Shown piece after piece: positions 9,842-20,371 of a stretch of DNA of 64,000 bases. A program made the translations under genes and the position numbers. Numbering within the stretch: the stretch's first letter is position 1; every line of letters starts with the position of its first letter. The stretch lies in contig CATQGW010000001.1 in the NCBI GenBank assembly GCA_958295515.1, positions 1,006,658 to 1,070,657 on the forward strand, in the 5' to 3' direction. Under the pieces are notes generated by a model. That model worked only from the letters and a program-made list of their open reading frames with translations, searched no databases and was not told the DNA's origin. The DNA comes from an uncultured Dehalococcoidia bacterium. GTDB taxonomy: Bacteria; Chloroflexota; Dehalococcoidia; Bin125.

Positions 9842-10618
9842 GTGACTGACGACGATGTGGCTCAGTTGGCTCAGCCGCTGGTGGGGCGGATTGCGCTGGT
9901 GACGGGGTCTTCGCGGGGGATTGGGCGGGAGATTGCGCTGGAGCTGGCGCGCGGGGGGGCGGATATCGCGGTCAACTATGCGCGCTCCGAGGCGGCCGCG
10001 GCCGCGGTGGCTGCGGAGATTGCGGCTTTGGGGCGGCGCAGCCTGCCGATCCGCGCCGATGTTTCGGATCCTGAGGCAGTGGCGGCGATGCTGAAGGCGG
10101 TGGGCGACGAACTGGGACGCCCGGACATTCTGGTCAACAACGCGGGGATCACGCGCGACACGCTGGCGATGCGGATGAAGGACGACGACTGGTCGGCGGT
10201 GCTGGCGACCAACCTGACGGGCGCGTTTCTGGTCACGCGGGCTTGCCTGCGGGGGATGATTCGGGGGCGCTGGGGGCGGATCATCACGATTGGCTCGGTG
10301 ATCGGGACGATGGGCAACCCTGGGCAGATCAACTACGCGGCGGCGAAGGCGGGGCTGGCGGGGATGACCCGCTCGCTGGCGAAGGAGCTCGGCTCGCGCA
10401 ACGTGACGGTGAATCTCGTTGCGCCGGGCTTCATCCGCACGGACATCACGGCGGACCTGACGCAGGAGCAGATCGACGCGGTGCTCAGCCAGGTGCCGCT
10501 GGAGCGGCTCGGCGATCCCGACGATGTGGCGCCGCTGGTGGCGTTTCTGGCGGGAGAGGGCGGGCGCTACATCACGGGGCAGGTGATCCATGTCGACGGC
10601 GGGCTGGTAATGTCTTAA
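9842..10618 (+). CDS. fabG: 3-oxoacyl-ACP reductase
   Basis: TGSSRGIG, NNAGITRD, YAAAKAG; CAGGAG RBS before GTG 9842; FAS operon context. Confidence 0.92.
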   Translation: MTDDDVAQLAQPLVGRIALVTGSSRGIGREIALELARGGADIAVNYARSEAAAAAVAAEIAALGRRSLPIRADVSDPEAVAAMLKAVGDELGRPDILVNNAGITRDTLAMRMKDDDWSAVLATNLTGAFLVTRACLRGMIRGRWGRIITIGSVIGTMGNPGQINYAAAKAGLAGMTRSLAKELGSRNVTVNLVAPGFIRTDITADLTQEQIDAVLSQVPLERLGDPDDVAPLVAFLAGEGGRYITGQVIHVDGGLVMS

Positions 10619-10786
10619 CGGAACGGTTCACGCAGATCGCAGCGCGCACACGCTCCGCGTGTGAGATGCGCAGCGCGCGACAGGCTCTTCACGACAGGGC
10701 ACTCATCAGCGCCGCCAGGCGGATACAATCAACAGAACAACACCAGTGCGCCCGCGCGCAGCGCGAGCCGCCGGCGGGGATCATCA

Positions 10787-11797
10787 ATGGACGCTCAGCA
10801 GGCACTAGCCCCCGATGTCAGGGAAGAGGACGAGTACGCGATCGTCTTCCCCGGTCAGGGTTCGCAATCGGTGGGGATGGCGGGCAAGGTGCTGCATGTC
10901 TACCCGGGCGCGGAGCACTGGTTCGAGCGGGCGAATCAGCTGCTCGACTACGACCTGCTCGATCTGATTGAGCGCGGCCCGGTGGAAGACTTGAATGAGA
11001 CGGAGCATTCGCAGCCGGCGATTTTCGTGGCGAGCGTGGCCTGGCTGGAGGCGCTGCGGGGGAAGTGGAGCGAGGCGGGGCGGCGGCTGTCGCCGACGGT
11101 GGTCTCCGGGCACAGCATGGGGCAGATCACGGCGATGTTCTCGGCGGGGGCGATCAACTTCGACGAGGCGCTGGCGCTGGTCAAGCGGCGCGGGGAGCTG
11201 ATGCGCGAGGCGAATCTGCGCCGCCCCGGTGGGATGGCTTCGATTATCGGTCTGCGCGATCGGGTGCTGCGGGGGCTGGTGGGTGAGGCGGCGAACGACG
11301 GGACGATCGTGGTGGCCAACGACAACTGCCCGGGGCAGACGGTGGTCTCGGGGGACGACGCGCCGCTGCGGCGGCTGATGCGGCTGGCGGAGGATCATGG
11401 GGCGCGGCGGGTGGTGCGGCTGCCGATCTCGATTGCCTCGCACTCGCCGCTGATGGCGGACGCGCAGACGCAGTTCCGTCAGGCGGTGCAGACGGTGAAG
11501 TGGCGCGATCCGGCGGTGCCGGTGGTGAGCAACATCAGCGGCGGGCTGATGCACCAGCGGGAGCAGCTGGTGCATGAGCTCTCGGACGCGCTGACCGCGC
11601 CGGTGGATTGGCAGTCGGCGGTGAAGACGATGGCGGCGCAGGGTTCGACGCTGTTCGTGGAGGCGGGGCCGGGCGATGTGCTCTCGAAGCTCGTGCGGCG
11701 CATTTCGCGCACCTCGTGGACGTTCCCGCTGTCGGACGAGGACGCGGGGCTGGGCGCGCGGGACTATCCCGACAAGAGTGACGGGATTCCCAAGTGA
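10787..11797 (+). CDS. fabD: Malonyl-CoA:ACP transacylase
   Basis: FPGQGSQ, SQPAI, GHSMG, N.PGQTVVSG, ASHSPLM, EAGPG. Confidence 0.92.
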   Translation: MDAQQALAPDVREEDEYAIVFPGQGSQSVGMAGKVLHVYPGAEHWFERANQLLDYDLLDLIERGPVEDLNETEHSQPAIFVASVAWLEALRGKWSEAGRRLSPTVVSGHSMGQITAMFSAGAINFDEALALVKRRGELMREANLRRPGGMASIIGLRDRVLRGLVGEAANDGTIVVANDNCPGQTVVSGDDAPLRRLMRLAEDHGARRVVRLPISIASHSPLMADAQTQFRQAVQTVKWRDPAVPVVSNISGGLMHQREQLVHELSDALTAPVDWQSAVKTMAAQGSTLFVEAGPGDVLSKLVRRISRTSWTFPLSDEDAGLGARDYPDKSDGIPK

Positions 11798-11843
11798 GCA
11801 GCATGCGCCGGCCGGCTGGGCCCTGGGCGCATTGGCTGAGCTG

Positions 11844-13091
11844 ATGCGTCGCACCGTGATCACCGGTTTGGGCGCGGTTACTCCGGTCGGCGCGACGATG
11901 CCGACGACCTGGGATGCGTTGGTCGGGGGGGACAGCGGTGTGGGGCGGCTGCAGCGATTCGATCCGGACGAGGCCGGCCTGCGCATTCCGCTGGCGGCCG
12001 AGGTGCGCGACTTTGATCCGGACGCGGTGCTGCCGAACGACAAGGCGCTGCGCCATATCGACCGTAATGTGCAATACGGCCTGGCTACGGCGCTGGAGGC
12101 GCTGGAGGATTCCGGGCTGGAGATCAACGAGGACAATCGGGGGCGGGTGGGAGTGATTTTCGGCAGCGGCGGTGGGGGGATGGAGCTGGTGATTCACTGG
12201 GAGCGGGTGTTGCAGGCGCGGGGGGCGCGGCGGGTCTCGCCGTTTGCGATGCCGAATCTGATTGCGGATGCGGCGAGCGGGCACATTTCGATTGCGACGG
12301 GCGCGGCGGGGCCCAACTACTCGCCGACCTCGGCGTGCGCGACCGGCGCGAACGCGGTGGCGGACGGGATGCTGCATATTGGGGCGGGGCGGGCGGACGC
12401 GCTGATCGTGGGCGGCTCGGAGGCGATCATTCTGCCGCTGTTCCATGCCTGCTTCGAGCGGATGGGGGTGCTCTCCTCGCTGACCGAACCGCTGTCCGCG
12501 TCGTGCCGTCCCTATGACCTGCACCGCGACGGCTTCGTGCCGGGCGAGGGCGCGGCGGCGCTGATGATTGAAGAGCTGGAGCACGCGCGGGCGCGGGGGG
12601 CGCACATTTACGCGGAGGTGGTCGGGGGCGGGAGCGCGAACGACGCGCACGACATGGCGCAACCGGACGGCGATGGTCTGGGGCTGATGATCGCGGTGGA
12701 GCAGGCGTTCAATCAGTCGCAGATTGATCCGCGCGAGGTGGGCTACATCAGCACGCACGGGACGGGCACCAAGCTCGGCGATTTGGTGGAGACGACGGCG
12801 ATTAAACGGATCTTCGGGGCGCATGCGGAGGAGCTGTCGCTGTCCTCGATTAAGCCGGCGACGGGGCACATGATGGGTGCGAGCGGGGCGCTGGAGGTGA
12901 GCGTCTGCGCGCTGGCGCTGGATCGCGGGGTGGCTCCGCCGACGCTCAACTACGAAACCCCCGACCCGGACTGCGACCTCGACTGCATCCCCAACGAGGC
13001 GCGGGAATTGGATTTGGAGGCGGCGCTTTCGTTTTCGGTGGGTCTCGGCGGGCACAACGCCGCCGTGCTGTTGAAGCGTTACCGCGAATGA
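11844..13091 (+). CDS. fabF: Beta-ketoacyl-ACP synthase II (copy 1)
   Basis: VITGLG, SACATG, DGFVPGEG, HGTGT, GHMMGA; Cys-His-His triad intact. Confidence 0.88.
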   Translation: MRRTVITGLGAVTPVGATMPTTWDALVGGDSGVGRLQRFDPDEAGLRIPLAAEVRDFDPDAVLPNDKALRHIDRNVQYGLATALEALEDSGLEINEDNRGRVGVIFGSGGGGMELVIHWERVLQARGARRVSPFAMPNLIADAASGHISIATGAAGPNYSPTSACATGANAVADGMLHIGAGRADALIVGGSEAIILPLFHACFERMGVLSSLTEPLSASCRPYDLHRDGFVPGEGAAALMIEELEHARARGAHIYAEVVGGGSANDAHDMAQPDGDGLGLMIAVEQAFNQSQIDPREVGYISTHGTGTKLGDLVETTAIKRIFGAHAEELSLSSIKPATGHMMGASGALEVSVCALALDRGVAPPTLNYETPDPDCDLDCIPNEARELDLEAALSFSVGLGGHNAAVLLKRYRE

Positions 13092-14329
13092 CGGAGCGCG
13101 TGGTGATCACGGGGATTGGGCCGGTTACGCCGATCGGGATCGGGGTGGAGACCTTCTGGGAGTCGCTGCGCGAGGGGCGCTCCGGGGTGCGGCGGGTGCC
13201 GTCGCTGGTGGATGCGGGACTGAAGGTGCAGATCGCCGCGGACATCCCCGAGTTCGAGCCGAACGATTTCATGGATGCCAAGGCGGCGCGTCGGATGGCG
13301 CGTTTCTCGCAGCTGGCGGTGGCGGCGTCGCAGCTGGCCGTCGCGGACGCGGGGCTGGAGCTCGAGGACTGGGACCCGGAGCGGGTCGCCACGGTGGTCA
13401 ATACGGGCGGTGGGGGAGTGACGACGATCGCGGATCAGTCCGCGGTGCTCAATGATCGGGGGCCGGGGCGGGTTTCGGCGCTGTTCGTGCCGATGATGGC
13501 GGGGAATATGGCTTCCTGTCAGGTCTCGATTCAGCTGGGGCTGCGGGGGCCGACGATCACCTCGCTGGCGGCCTGCGCGAGCAGCGTGTACGCCTTTATC
13601 GACGGTCGCCAGCTGCTGCTCGGCGGCGAGGCGGAGCTGGCGCTGGCCGGCGGGACGGAATCGAATGTCTCGCCGCTGGGCATCGCGGGGCTGGCGAATA
13701 TGCATGCGCTCTCGCGCCGCAACGACGAGCCGACGCGCGCTTCGCGTCCGTTCGACCGCGACCGCGATGGGTTTGTGTTCGGCGAGGGCGCGGTGGTCTG
13801 CATTCTGGAAACGCTCGAGGCGGCGCGTGCGCGTGGGGCGCGGATTTACGCGGAGGTGCTGGGCGGAGGGCGGACTGCGGACGCGTTCCACATCACCGCG
13901 CCGGATCCGCAGGGCGAGGGGGCGGCGCGGGCGATGCGGGCGGCGCTGCGCAACTCGCAACTCGAACCGGAGGCGATCGACTACATCTGCGCGCACGGGA
14001 CGGGCACGGCGCTGAACGACGCGATCGAGACGCGGGCGATCCACGATGTGTTCGGGGAGCACGCGAAGCGGCTGGCGGTCAGCTCGCCGAAGAGCATGAC
14101 GGGTCACCTGATGGGTGCGGCGGGGGCGCTGTCGGCGGCGGCGGCGGCGCTGGCGCTGTATCACGGGGTGCTGCCGCCGACGATCAACCATGAGCACTCG
14201 GATCCGGAGTGCGATCTGGACTACGTGCCGCAGCGCTCGCGGCCGGCGGAGTTGCGCGCGGCGCTGGTGAACGGGTTCGGTTTCGGGGGTCAGAACGGGG
14301 TTGTCGCGCTGGCGCGGCTCAGTGAGTAG
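13088..14329 (+). CDS. fabF: Beta-ketoacyl-ACP synthase II (copy 2)
   Basis: VITGIG, AACASS, RPFDRDRDGFVFGEG, HGTGT, GHLMGA, NGFGFGGQN; ATGA overlap with the upstream gene. Confidence 0.9.
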   Translation: MTERVVITGIGPVTPIGIGVETFWESLREGRSGVRRVPSLVDAGLKVQIAADIPEFEPNDFMDAKAARRMARFSQLAVAASQLAVADAGLELEDWDPERVATVVNTGGGGVTTIADQSAVLNDRGPGRVSALFVPMMAGNMASCQVSIQLGLRGPTITSLAACASSVYAFIDGRQLLLGGEAELALAGGTESNVSPLGIAGLANMHALSRRNDEPTRASRPFDRDRDGFVFGEGAVVCILETLEAARARGARIYAEVLGGGRTADAFHITAPDPQGEGAARAMRAALRNSQLEPEAIDYICAHGTGTALNDAIETRAIHDVFGEHAKRLAVSSPKSMTGHLMGAAGALSAAAAALALYHGVLPPTINHEHSDPECDLDYVPQRSRPAELRAALVNGFGFGGQNGVVALARLSE

Positions 14330-14389
14330 CCTCAGGGCACAGCGCGCCGCCGAATCGCGGCGGGTAAGACCATGCCTGAGGGAGCGCCG

Positions 14390-14644
14390 ATGAGCACCGT
14401 GCAGGACCGCGTGCAGCAACTGATCGCCGACCAGCTGCGCCAGCCGCTGGAGAAGGTCACCAGCGACGCCCACCTGATCGACGATCTCGACGCCGATTCG
14501 CTCGACATCGTTGATCTGACGATCGCCATTGAGGAAGAGTTTTCGACGGAGGAGAACCAGCTGGAGATTCCGGAAGAGGATGCGTCGGAGATTCGCACGG
14601 TGCAGCAGATGCTGGACTACCTCGCGGCGCAGGGCGTCGCCTGA
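14390..14644 (+). CDS. acpP: Acyl carrier protein
   Basis: Acidic 84-aa protein with the DLDADSLD phosphopantetheine site. Confidence 0.93.
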   Translation: MSTVQDRVQQLIADQLRQPLEKVTSDAHLIDDLDADSLDIVDLTIAIEEEFSTEENQLEIPEEDASEIRTVQQMLDYLAAQGVA

Positions 14645-14649
14645 GCGTC

Positions 14650-14943
14650 GTGCCGCTCCAGCGGATCCGGGCGGGAGCGATTCCCGGCGCCGAGGCGGCG
14701 CGGCGGGCGGCGCAACTCAACGCGGAAGCGATGCGGTTGCCGCAGGGACGCACGCTGCTCAACCGCTCGGTCGACTCCGCTTCCGCGCTGATCGTCGTGG
14801 AGGGGGCAATCCACATCGGGGTGGCGGATGATGATGCGCTGCTCTCGCAGGGCGAGGGGGTGCTGCTGCCTGCGGGGGCGGCCTACTCGCTGCGCGCGGA
14901 GCAGGAGGCGGTTGCGTTTCTGTTCTCCACGCGGGGGGAATAG
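14650..14943 (+). CDS. Small cupin-like protein
   Basis: IVVEGAIHI...LSQGEGVLLPAGAAYSL resembles cupin motifs. Confidence 0.6.
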   Translation: MPLQRIRAGAIPGAEAARRAAQLNAEAMRLPQGRTLLNRSVDSASALIVVEGAIHIGVADDDALLSQGEGVLLPAGAAYSLRAEQEAVAFLFSTRGE

Positions 14944-15036
14944 CTGCGCATCGGCGGCTTGCTCGAAGGCTCCAGCGCATCAAAGCGAACGCGGATTTCG
15001 TATTCTGGGATCCAGACGCTGCGAGGCTTGGGCGTC

Positions 15037-15324
15037 ATGGGGAATGTTCAGATGAAGAATGAGCGGGTGCGCTCGGAGTTGGCCGGCAAGCTGCGCGCAT
15101 ACCTCGTGGGTGGCGCTGATGTCGGCGACATCCTCGAGTTTGAGGCAGGCTACGGCCTGGATGATGAGATTGACAATGACCTGCGCCTGCTTCTGGATGG
15201 CCTCGCGCTGGTCGGATACGAAGTGCTCAGCGGCTGGGCGGCGACTTCGCACTTTGATGATCTGGCGCGTGACACGCTGGACAAGCTCCTGCCGACCGTC
15301 GCTGCGGAAGCCGCGGCGGATTGA
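15037..15324 (+). CDS. Hypothetical protein
   Basis: Acidic helical ORF with plausible codon usage; no motif recognised; start uncertain. Confidence 0.5.
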   Translation: MGNVQMKNERVRSELAGKLRAYLVGGADVGDILEFEAGYGLDDEIDNDLRLLLDGLALVGYEVLSGWAATSHFDDLARDTLDKLLPTVAAEAAAD

Positions 15325-15548
15325 CCGCTGCGCCGCCCGCCGGCGTGGATGCGGGAGAGTCTCCGAAACGGTGCGGGGGCGGTGCTTGGAGCGGCGTGGG
15401 TACCGCGATGCGGCGCGCTCGGCTACACTTGGTGGACGATGCGCGGAACCGGGATCATCGCAATGAGTGGAGCGAGCGTCGCTGTAGCGAGCGGCTCCGC
15501 GCTGCGCGCAGGCGGTTGAACGGCCGTTGAGCGATGCGACGGAGCCCC

Positions 15549-15575
15549 ACGCCGGTCGAGTGGCCGGCGTTTCCT
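15549..15575 (+). terminator. GC hairpin upstream of ilvB (possible attenuator/terminator)
   Basis: ACGCCGGTC-gagt-GGCCGGCGT followed by TTCCT; weak U tail. Confidence 0.3.
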
Positions 15576-15626
15576 GTATCCCAACCCGGCCGGCAGGCCG
15601 GTCTGAGACGAGCGAAATGAGCAGCC

Positions 15627-17306
15627 ATGCGACTGTCCGGCGCTGAAATCCTGATGGAATGCCTTCGCGCGGAGGGGGTTGATGTCTTCTTCGGCTACCC
15701 CGGCGGGGTGGTGCTGCCGCTGTACCACAAGCTGGGCGCGTATCCGGATGTGAAGCACGTGCTGGTGCGGCATGAGCAGGCGGCGGCGCACGCGGCGGAC
15801 GGCTACGCGCGGGTTTCGGGGCGCACCGGCGTTTGCCTGGCGACCTCGGGACCGGGCGCGACCAACCTGGTGACCGGGATCACGACGGCGCACATGGATT
15901 CGGTGCCGATTGTGGTGATCACCGGCAACGTGGCGCGGGACCTGATTGGTCGGGACGGCTTCCAGGAGGCGGACATCACGGGGATCACGCTGCCGATCAC
16001 GAAGCACAACTATCTGCTGATGCGGGCGAGCGAGATCGCGCAGGCGGTGAAGGAGGCGTTCCACATCGCTTCGACGGGGCGCAAGGGGCCGGTGTTGGTG
16101 GATATCCCCAAGGATGTGTTCATCGAGGAGGCCGATTGGGACGGGTATCCGACCGATGTGAGCCTGCGCGGGTATCCGATTATGGATATCCCGCGCGACG
16201 ATGAGGTGGCGGTGGCGGCGGATGTGATCAACAGCGCCAAGAAGCCGATCATCATCGCGGGGCACGGGGTGGTGCAGTCGGGCGCGGCCGCGGAGCTGCG
16301 CCAGCTGGCGGAGCTGGCCGATGTGCCGGTGCTGACTACGTTGCTGGGCATCTCGGGCTTCCCCGATGATCACCCGCTGTCCTTCGGCTTTCTCGGCATG
16401 CATGGGCACTTCTACGCGAATATGGCGGCGGACCGTGCGGATGTGGTGATTGGGATTGGGATGCGCTTCGACGACCGCGCGATGGGGCGGTTCAAGGACT
16501 TCAACCCGACGGCGCGGATCGTGCATATCGACATCGACCCGGCCGAGATCGGCAAGAATTTCCACACGCATGCGCCGGTCAACGGGGATGTGCGGGAGAC
16601 GCTGCTGCGTCTGCTGCCGCGGCTCGAACCGGTCTCGCACCCGCAGTGGCGGGCCGAGATTGAGGCGATTAAGGCGGATCACCCGACCAACTACATCGAC
16701 GAGGGCACTGCGGTGACCGGTCCCTGGCTGGTGCAGGCGCTGGCGGAGGAGACGGAAGGGCAAGCGACGGTGGTGACCGGGGTTGGCCAGCACCAGATGT
16801 GGGGGGCGCAGTATTACCCGTACACGCGGCCGCGGCAGTGGGTGACCTCGGGCGGGTTGGGCACGATGGGTTATGAGGTGCCGGCGGCGATGGGGGCGCA
16901 GTTCGCGCAGCAGGAGCCGGTCTGGTCGATCTGCGGCGACGGCGGGTTCCAGATGACCTCGCAGGAGCTGCAGACGGTGCGGGAGCACGACCTGCCGGTG
17001 CGCTTTGCAATCTTCAACAACGGCTTCCTCGGTATGGTGCGGCAGTGGCAGGAGCTGTTCTACGAGAACAACTACCACTCGGTGGATATCGGCCAGCCGG
17101 ACTTCGTGAAGCTGGCGGAGGCCTACGGCATCCCCGGGCTGCGGGCGACGACGCGCGCGGAGGCGCGGCAGGTGATTCGGGAGGCGGAGGCGCTCGATGG
17201 GCCGGTCGTGATCGACTTCCAGCTGGAGCCGGAAGAGAATGTGTGGCCGATGGTGCCCGCGGGGGCGGCGCTCTCGGAGACGATCGAATCCGCTGAAGAC
17301 CTGTAG
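15627..17306 (+). CDS. ilvB: Acetolactate synthase large subunit
   Basis: FGYPGG, RHEQ, TSGPGATN, FQEAD, GMHG, GDGGFQM..NNGFLGMVRQWQ. Confidence 0.96.
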   Translation: MRLSGAEILMECLRAEGVDVFFGYPGGVVLPLYHKLGAYPDVKHVLVRHEQAAAHAADGYARVSGRTGVCLATSGPGATNLVTGITTAHMDSVPIVVITGNVARDLIGRDGFQEADITGITLPITKHNYLLMRASEIAQAVKEAFHIASTGRKGPVLVDIPKDVFIEEADWDGYPTDVSLRGYPIMDIPRDDEVAVAADVINSAKKPIIIAGHGVVQSGAAAELRQLAELADVPVLTTLLGISGFPDDHPLSFGFLGMHGHFYANMAADRADVVIGIGMRFDDRAMGRFKDFNPTARIVHIDIDPAEIGKNFHTHAPVNGDVRETLLRLLPRLEPVSHPQWRAEIEAIKADHPTNYIDEGTAVTGPWLVQALAEETEGQATVVTGVGQHQMWGAQYYPYTRPRQWVTSGGLGTMGYEVPAAMGAQFAQQEPVWSICGDGGFQMTSQELQTVREHDLPVRFAIFNNGFLGMVRQWQELFYENNYHSVDIGQPDFVKLAEAYGIPGLRATTRAEARQVIREAEALDGPVVIDFQLEPEENVWPMVPAGAALSETIESAEDL

Positions 17307-17366
17307 GCAGACCTGTCGGCAGACCTATAGGCAGGCTTGTAAGCAGGAAGTGGGGAGCGTATCGAG

Positions 17367-17954
17367 ATGGCTTCGCGCAATACGATTGTCGCGCATGTGG
17401 AGGACCGGCCCGGGGTGCTGGCGCGCGTCGCCTCGCTCTTTCGGCGGCGCGGCTTCAACATTGAGAGTCTGACCGTGGGGCAGTGCGAAGAGCCGGGACT
17501 GAGCCGCATGACGATCGTGGTCGACGGCGATGATCACCAGGTTGATCAGGTTTGCCGGCAGCTGTTCAAGCTGATCGATGTCGTGTCGATCTTCGACATC
17601 ACGTACGAGCCGATGGTGGATCGGGAGTTGGCGCTGATCAAAGTCTCGGCGACCAACTTCAACCGGCGCGAGGTGCTGGATGTGGTGGAGATGTTCCGCG
17701 CCGATGTGGTGGACGTACACAGCGATTCGCTGATCGTGCAGATCCTCGGCGACGAGGGCAAGGTGAACGCCGCGCTGGGGATGTTCCAGCAGTTCGGCGT
17801 GCTGGAGATGGTGCGCACGGGGCGCGTGGCGATGCGTCGCGGGGTGGAGACCTCGAAGCCGCCGCCGGTGAGCGACTCGCAGCAGGCGGCGGCGGCGGTC
17901 CGGGCGATGCTCGGGCGCCGTCCGGAGGGCGTGCTGCCCTTCGCCAGCGACTGA
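17367..17954 (+). CDS. ilvN: Acetolactate synthase small subunit
   Basis: VEDRPGVLARVASLFRRRGFNIESL ACT domain; RELALIKV; EMVRTG. Confidence 0.96.
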   Translation: MASRNTIVAHVEDRPGVLARVASLFRRRGFNIESLTVGQCEEPGLSRMTIVVDGDDHQVDQVCRQLFKLIDVVSIFDITYEPMVDRELALIKVSATNFNRREVLDVVEMFRADVVDVHSDSLIVQILGDEGKVNAALGMFQQFGVLEMVRTGRVAMRRGVETSKPPPVSDSQQAAAAVRAMLGRRPEGVLPFASD

Positions 17955-18017
17955 ACCCGCAACCGCTGCAACGCAGCGACAACGCGAAACGACCGCGAAG
18001 AACAGAAGGAGAGTCTG

Positions 18018-19022
18018 ATGCCCGCCACGATGTACTACGACGACGATGCCGATCTGGATTTGCTGAAGGGCAAGACGATTGGGGTGGTGGGCTTCGGCTC
18101 GCAGGGCCACGCGCACGCGCTCAACCTGCACGACAGCGGGGTGGACGTGATTGTGGGTCTCTACCCGGGCTCGCGCTCGTGGAACAAGGTGATCGATTCG
18201 GGGCTGCGGGTGGACACGGTGGCGAATGTGGCGGACGCCTCGGACATCATCATGGTGTTGACGCCGGACCACATTCAGAAGCAGATTTACGATCAGCACA
18301 TCGCGCCCTCGATGGTGGAGGGCAAGACGCTGATGTTCGCGCACGGCTTCGCGATTCACTACAACCAGGTCGCGCCGCCGCCGGAGGTGGATGTGACCAT
18401 GATTGCGCCCAAGGGTCCGGGCCATCTGGTGCGGCGGGTCTTCGAGGAAGGCGGCGGGGTGCCGGCGCTGTTGGCGATTTACCAGGACGCCTCGGAGACG
18501 GCGAAGGATGTGGCGCTGGCCTACGCGAAGGGGATCGGGGGCACGCGCGCGGGGGTGCTGGAGACGACATTCCTGGAGGAGACGGAGACGGATTTGTTCG
18601 GCGAGCAGTCGGTGCTCTGCGGCGGCGTGACGTCGCTGATGCAGGCGGCGTTCGAGACGCTCGTGGAGGCCGGCTACCAGCCCGAATCGGCGTACTTTGA
18701 GACGATTCACGAGGTGAAGCTGATCGTGGATTTGATCTACGAAGGCGGCTTCGCCAACATGCGCTACTCGGTGTCGGACACGGCGGAGTACGGCGATCTG
18801 ACGCGCGGGCCGCGGGTGATCGACGCGTCGGTGAAGGACCGGATGCGGCAGCTGCTGAGCGACATTCAGGACGGGACGTTCGCGCGGGAGTGGATCATGG
18901 AGAATCAGACGGGGCGTCCGGGCTTCGACAAGCTGCGCGCGCGCGCGGCGGCGCATCCGAGCGAAGAGGTGGGCGCGGAGCTGCGCGGGATGATGGCCTG
19001 GCTCAACGAGGAAGCGGACTAG
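18018..19022 (+). CDS. ilvC: Ketol-acid reductoisomerase
   Basis: [33 protein letters not shown]. Confidence 0.97.
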   Translation: MPATMYYDDDADLDLLKGKTIGVVGFGSQGHAHALNLHDSGVDVIVGLYPGSRSWNKVIDSGLRVDTVANVADASDIIMVLTPDHIQKQIYDQHIAPSMVEGKTLMFAHGFAIHYNQVAPPPEVDVTMIAPKGPGHLVRRVFEEGGGVPALLAIYQDASETAKDVALAYAKGIGGTRAGVLETTFLEETETDLFGEQSVLCGGVTSLMQAAFETLVEAGYQPESAYFETIHEVKLIVDLIYEGGFANMRYSVSDTAEYGDLTRGPRVIDASVKDRMRQLLSDIQDGTFAREWIMENQTGRPGFDKLRARAAAHPSEEVGAELRGMMAWLNEEAD

Positions 19023-19555
19023 TCGGAGACGGCGGCCAGGAGCTCCTCCTCCGTAGGTTGCTCCAACTCGATCAGCGCGGACTGGTACGGGATGGCTTCC
19101 CCGTCATCAGTTCCGATCCATCCGGGATGCTGATGCGAGAGGTCGCTCAGCTCGCGCGCGCTCAGGTCTTGCGCCTCGCGGAGGATTTGCTCGACGACAG
19201 CGATCTCGACTCCACTGAAGGGCGAAAGGTCCGGCCGCTCGAGCGGCACCGGGCGCTGCTGCACGTAGCCGAAGCGGTCGCGATGGCGGATGATCAACCG
19301 CTGAGCATCGGCCAGGCTGGTGAGCCGCTGCTCCAGACTGGCGGCCATAGGGCCGTGCTTGCGATGCACGTACGTTGTGCCCGTGATCGATTCGCCGGTG
19401 AGGCGGTAATGTTGAAAGTCGCTCATCCAGAGCAACTTGTGCAGCTTGGTCTTGCCGTAGGTCTCGCTGGCGAGCTCACGCTCGGAGATGTAGAGAATCA
19501 ACTCATCGAGCTTGGCGGCGTTGAGAGTCGGTTGAGGTGCGGCGGCCATCGACAT
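19019..19555 (-). CDS. Panacea/SocA (DUF4065)-like antitoxin-domain protein
   Basis: [49 protein letters not shown] pattern. Confidence 0.8.
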   Translation of the reverse strand: MSMAAAPQPTLNAAKLDELILYISERELASETYGKTKLHKLLWMSDFQHYRLTGESITGTTYVHRKHGPMAASLEQRLTSLADAQRLIIRHRDRFGYVQQRPVPLERPDLSPFSGVEIAVVEQILREAQDLSARELSDLSHQHPGWIGTDDGEAIPYQSALIELEQPTEEELLAAVSD

Positions 19556-19641
19556 CGTCCCTCGGCGGTTTGGTCACTGACGTTGTAGGGCTACGACATA
19601 GCTTAGCGTTGCCTGATGCGGCTTGCGTGTAATGTGGGGCT

Positions 19642-19908
19642 GTGCCGAGTCAATTTGAAGTCAACGCCGACGATGCGATGTTTCGTGCAGCGTGCGAACG
19701 GCTTGCGCTGACGCGCCGGCAGATCGACGAGATCGCGCAGGCGGTGTATCTGCATGCGCGTGCCGGTACTCCGCCGCCCAACCCTGTTGCCATCGCTCTG
19801 CCCGGGATGCGCCCACACGCCGTTTCCAGCCCGCGGCTGTGGGTCTCGTTCGAGATCCGCGGGAGCCAGATCGTGTTGCGGGGGCTGAGCGAACGACCAT
19901 CAGACTGA
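19642..19908 (+). CDS. Small hypothetical protein, possibly RelE/ParE-like fold
   Basis: 88 aa. The C-terminal RLWVSFEIRGSQIVLRGL resembles the RelE terminal beta-hairpin. TAATGT lies 6 nt upstream of the GTG (leaderless pattern). Confidence 0.5.
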   Translation: MPSQFEVNADDAMFRAACERLALTRRQIDEIAQAVYLHARAGTPPPNPVAIALPGMRPHAVSSPRLWVSFEIRGSQIVLRGLSERPSD

Positions 19909-19911
19909 AGA

Positions 19912-20280
19912 CTAGGGCGCCGGGGCTGTTGCGCCGCAGGGGACGTTGCGGGCGGTGAGGAGTTCGAGCCACTCGCGCTGGGTGTGGTGGCGGAAGGCTT
20001 CGCTGAGGATGCCGGAGAGCGCGTCGGCGTTGGCCAGGCGCGCCTGGTGTGAGGCGAAGCGCGGGTCGTCGGTGATGTCCAGCTGGAATTCGGGCAGGTA
20101 ATCGCCCGTGTCGGCGGGGTGGCGCTCGTGGTGATCCCACTGGTGGTTGGCCAGCGCGAACTCGCCCAGCGCGGAGCGCAGGCGCTGCCAGTCCGTCTCG
20201 CTCTCGATGTCGAGATGCACCCAGCCGTCGGTCGCCCGATACGCCCGCCGCAGCGGGTCCGTGGTCGCCGCCATCGTCAT
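19912..20280 (-). CDS. Stand-alone CoA-transferase family III C-terminal-like domain
   Basis: YRATDGWV..DWQRL..DDPRFAS..RLAN..EWLELLTARNVPCG; lacks the N-terminal VLDL domain. Confidence 0.65.
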   Translation of the reverse strand: MTMAATTDPLRRAYRATDGWVHLDIESETDWQRLRSALGEFALANHQWDHHERHPADTGDYLPEFQLDITDDPRFASHQARLANADALSGILSEAFRHHTQREWLELLTARNVPCGATAPAP

Positions 20281-20371
20281 TGCCTCCGGCTCGTCGCGCG
20301 CATGCGCGCAGGTTATCGCCTAGCCTTTGCCCGCCGGGCGGCAGGCTGCCGCTGGGAACAAGGAGTCTGCG

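Noticed and set aside
15330-15626. T-box riboswitch or leader peptide upstream of ilvB
   Set aside because: GTGGGTACCGCG does not fit the UGGNACC bulge, no specifier stem was recognised, and the short ORF near 15463 is not convincingly Ile/Leu/Val-rich.
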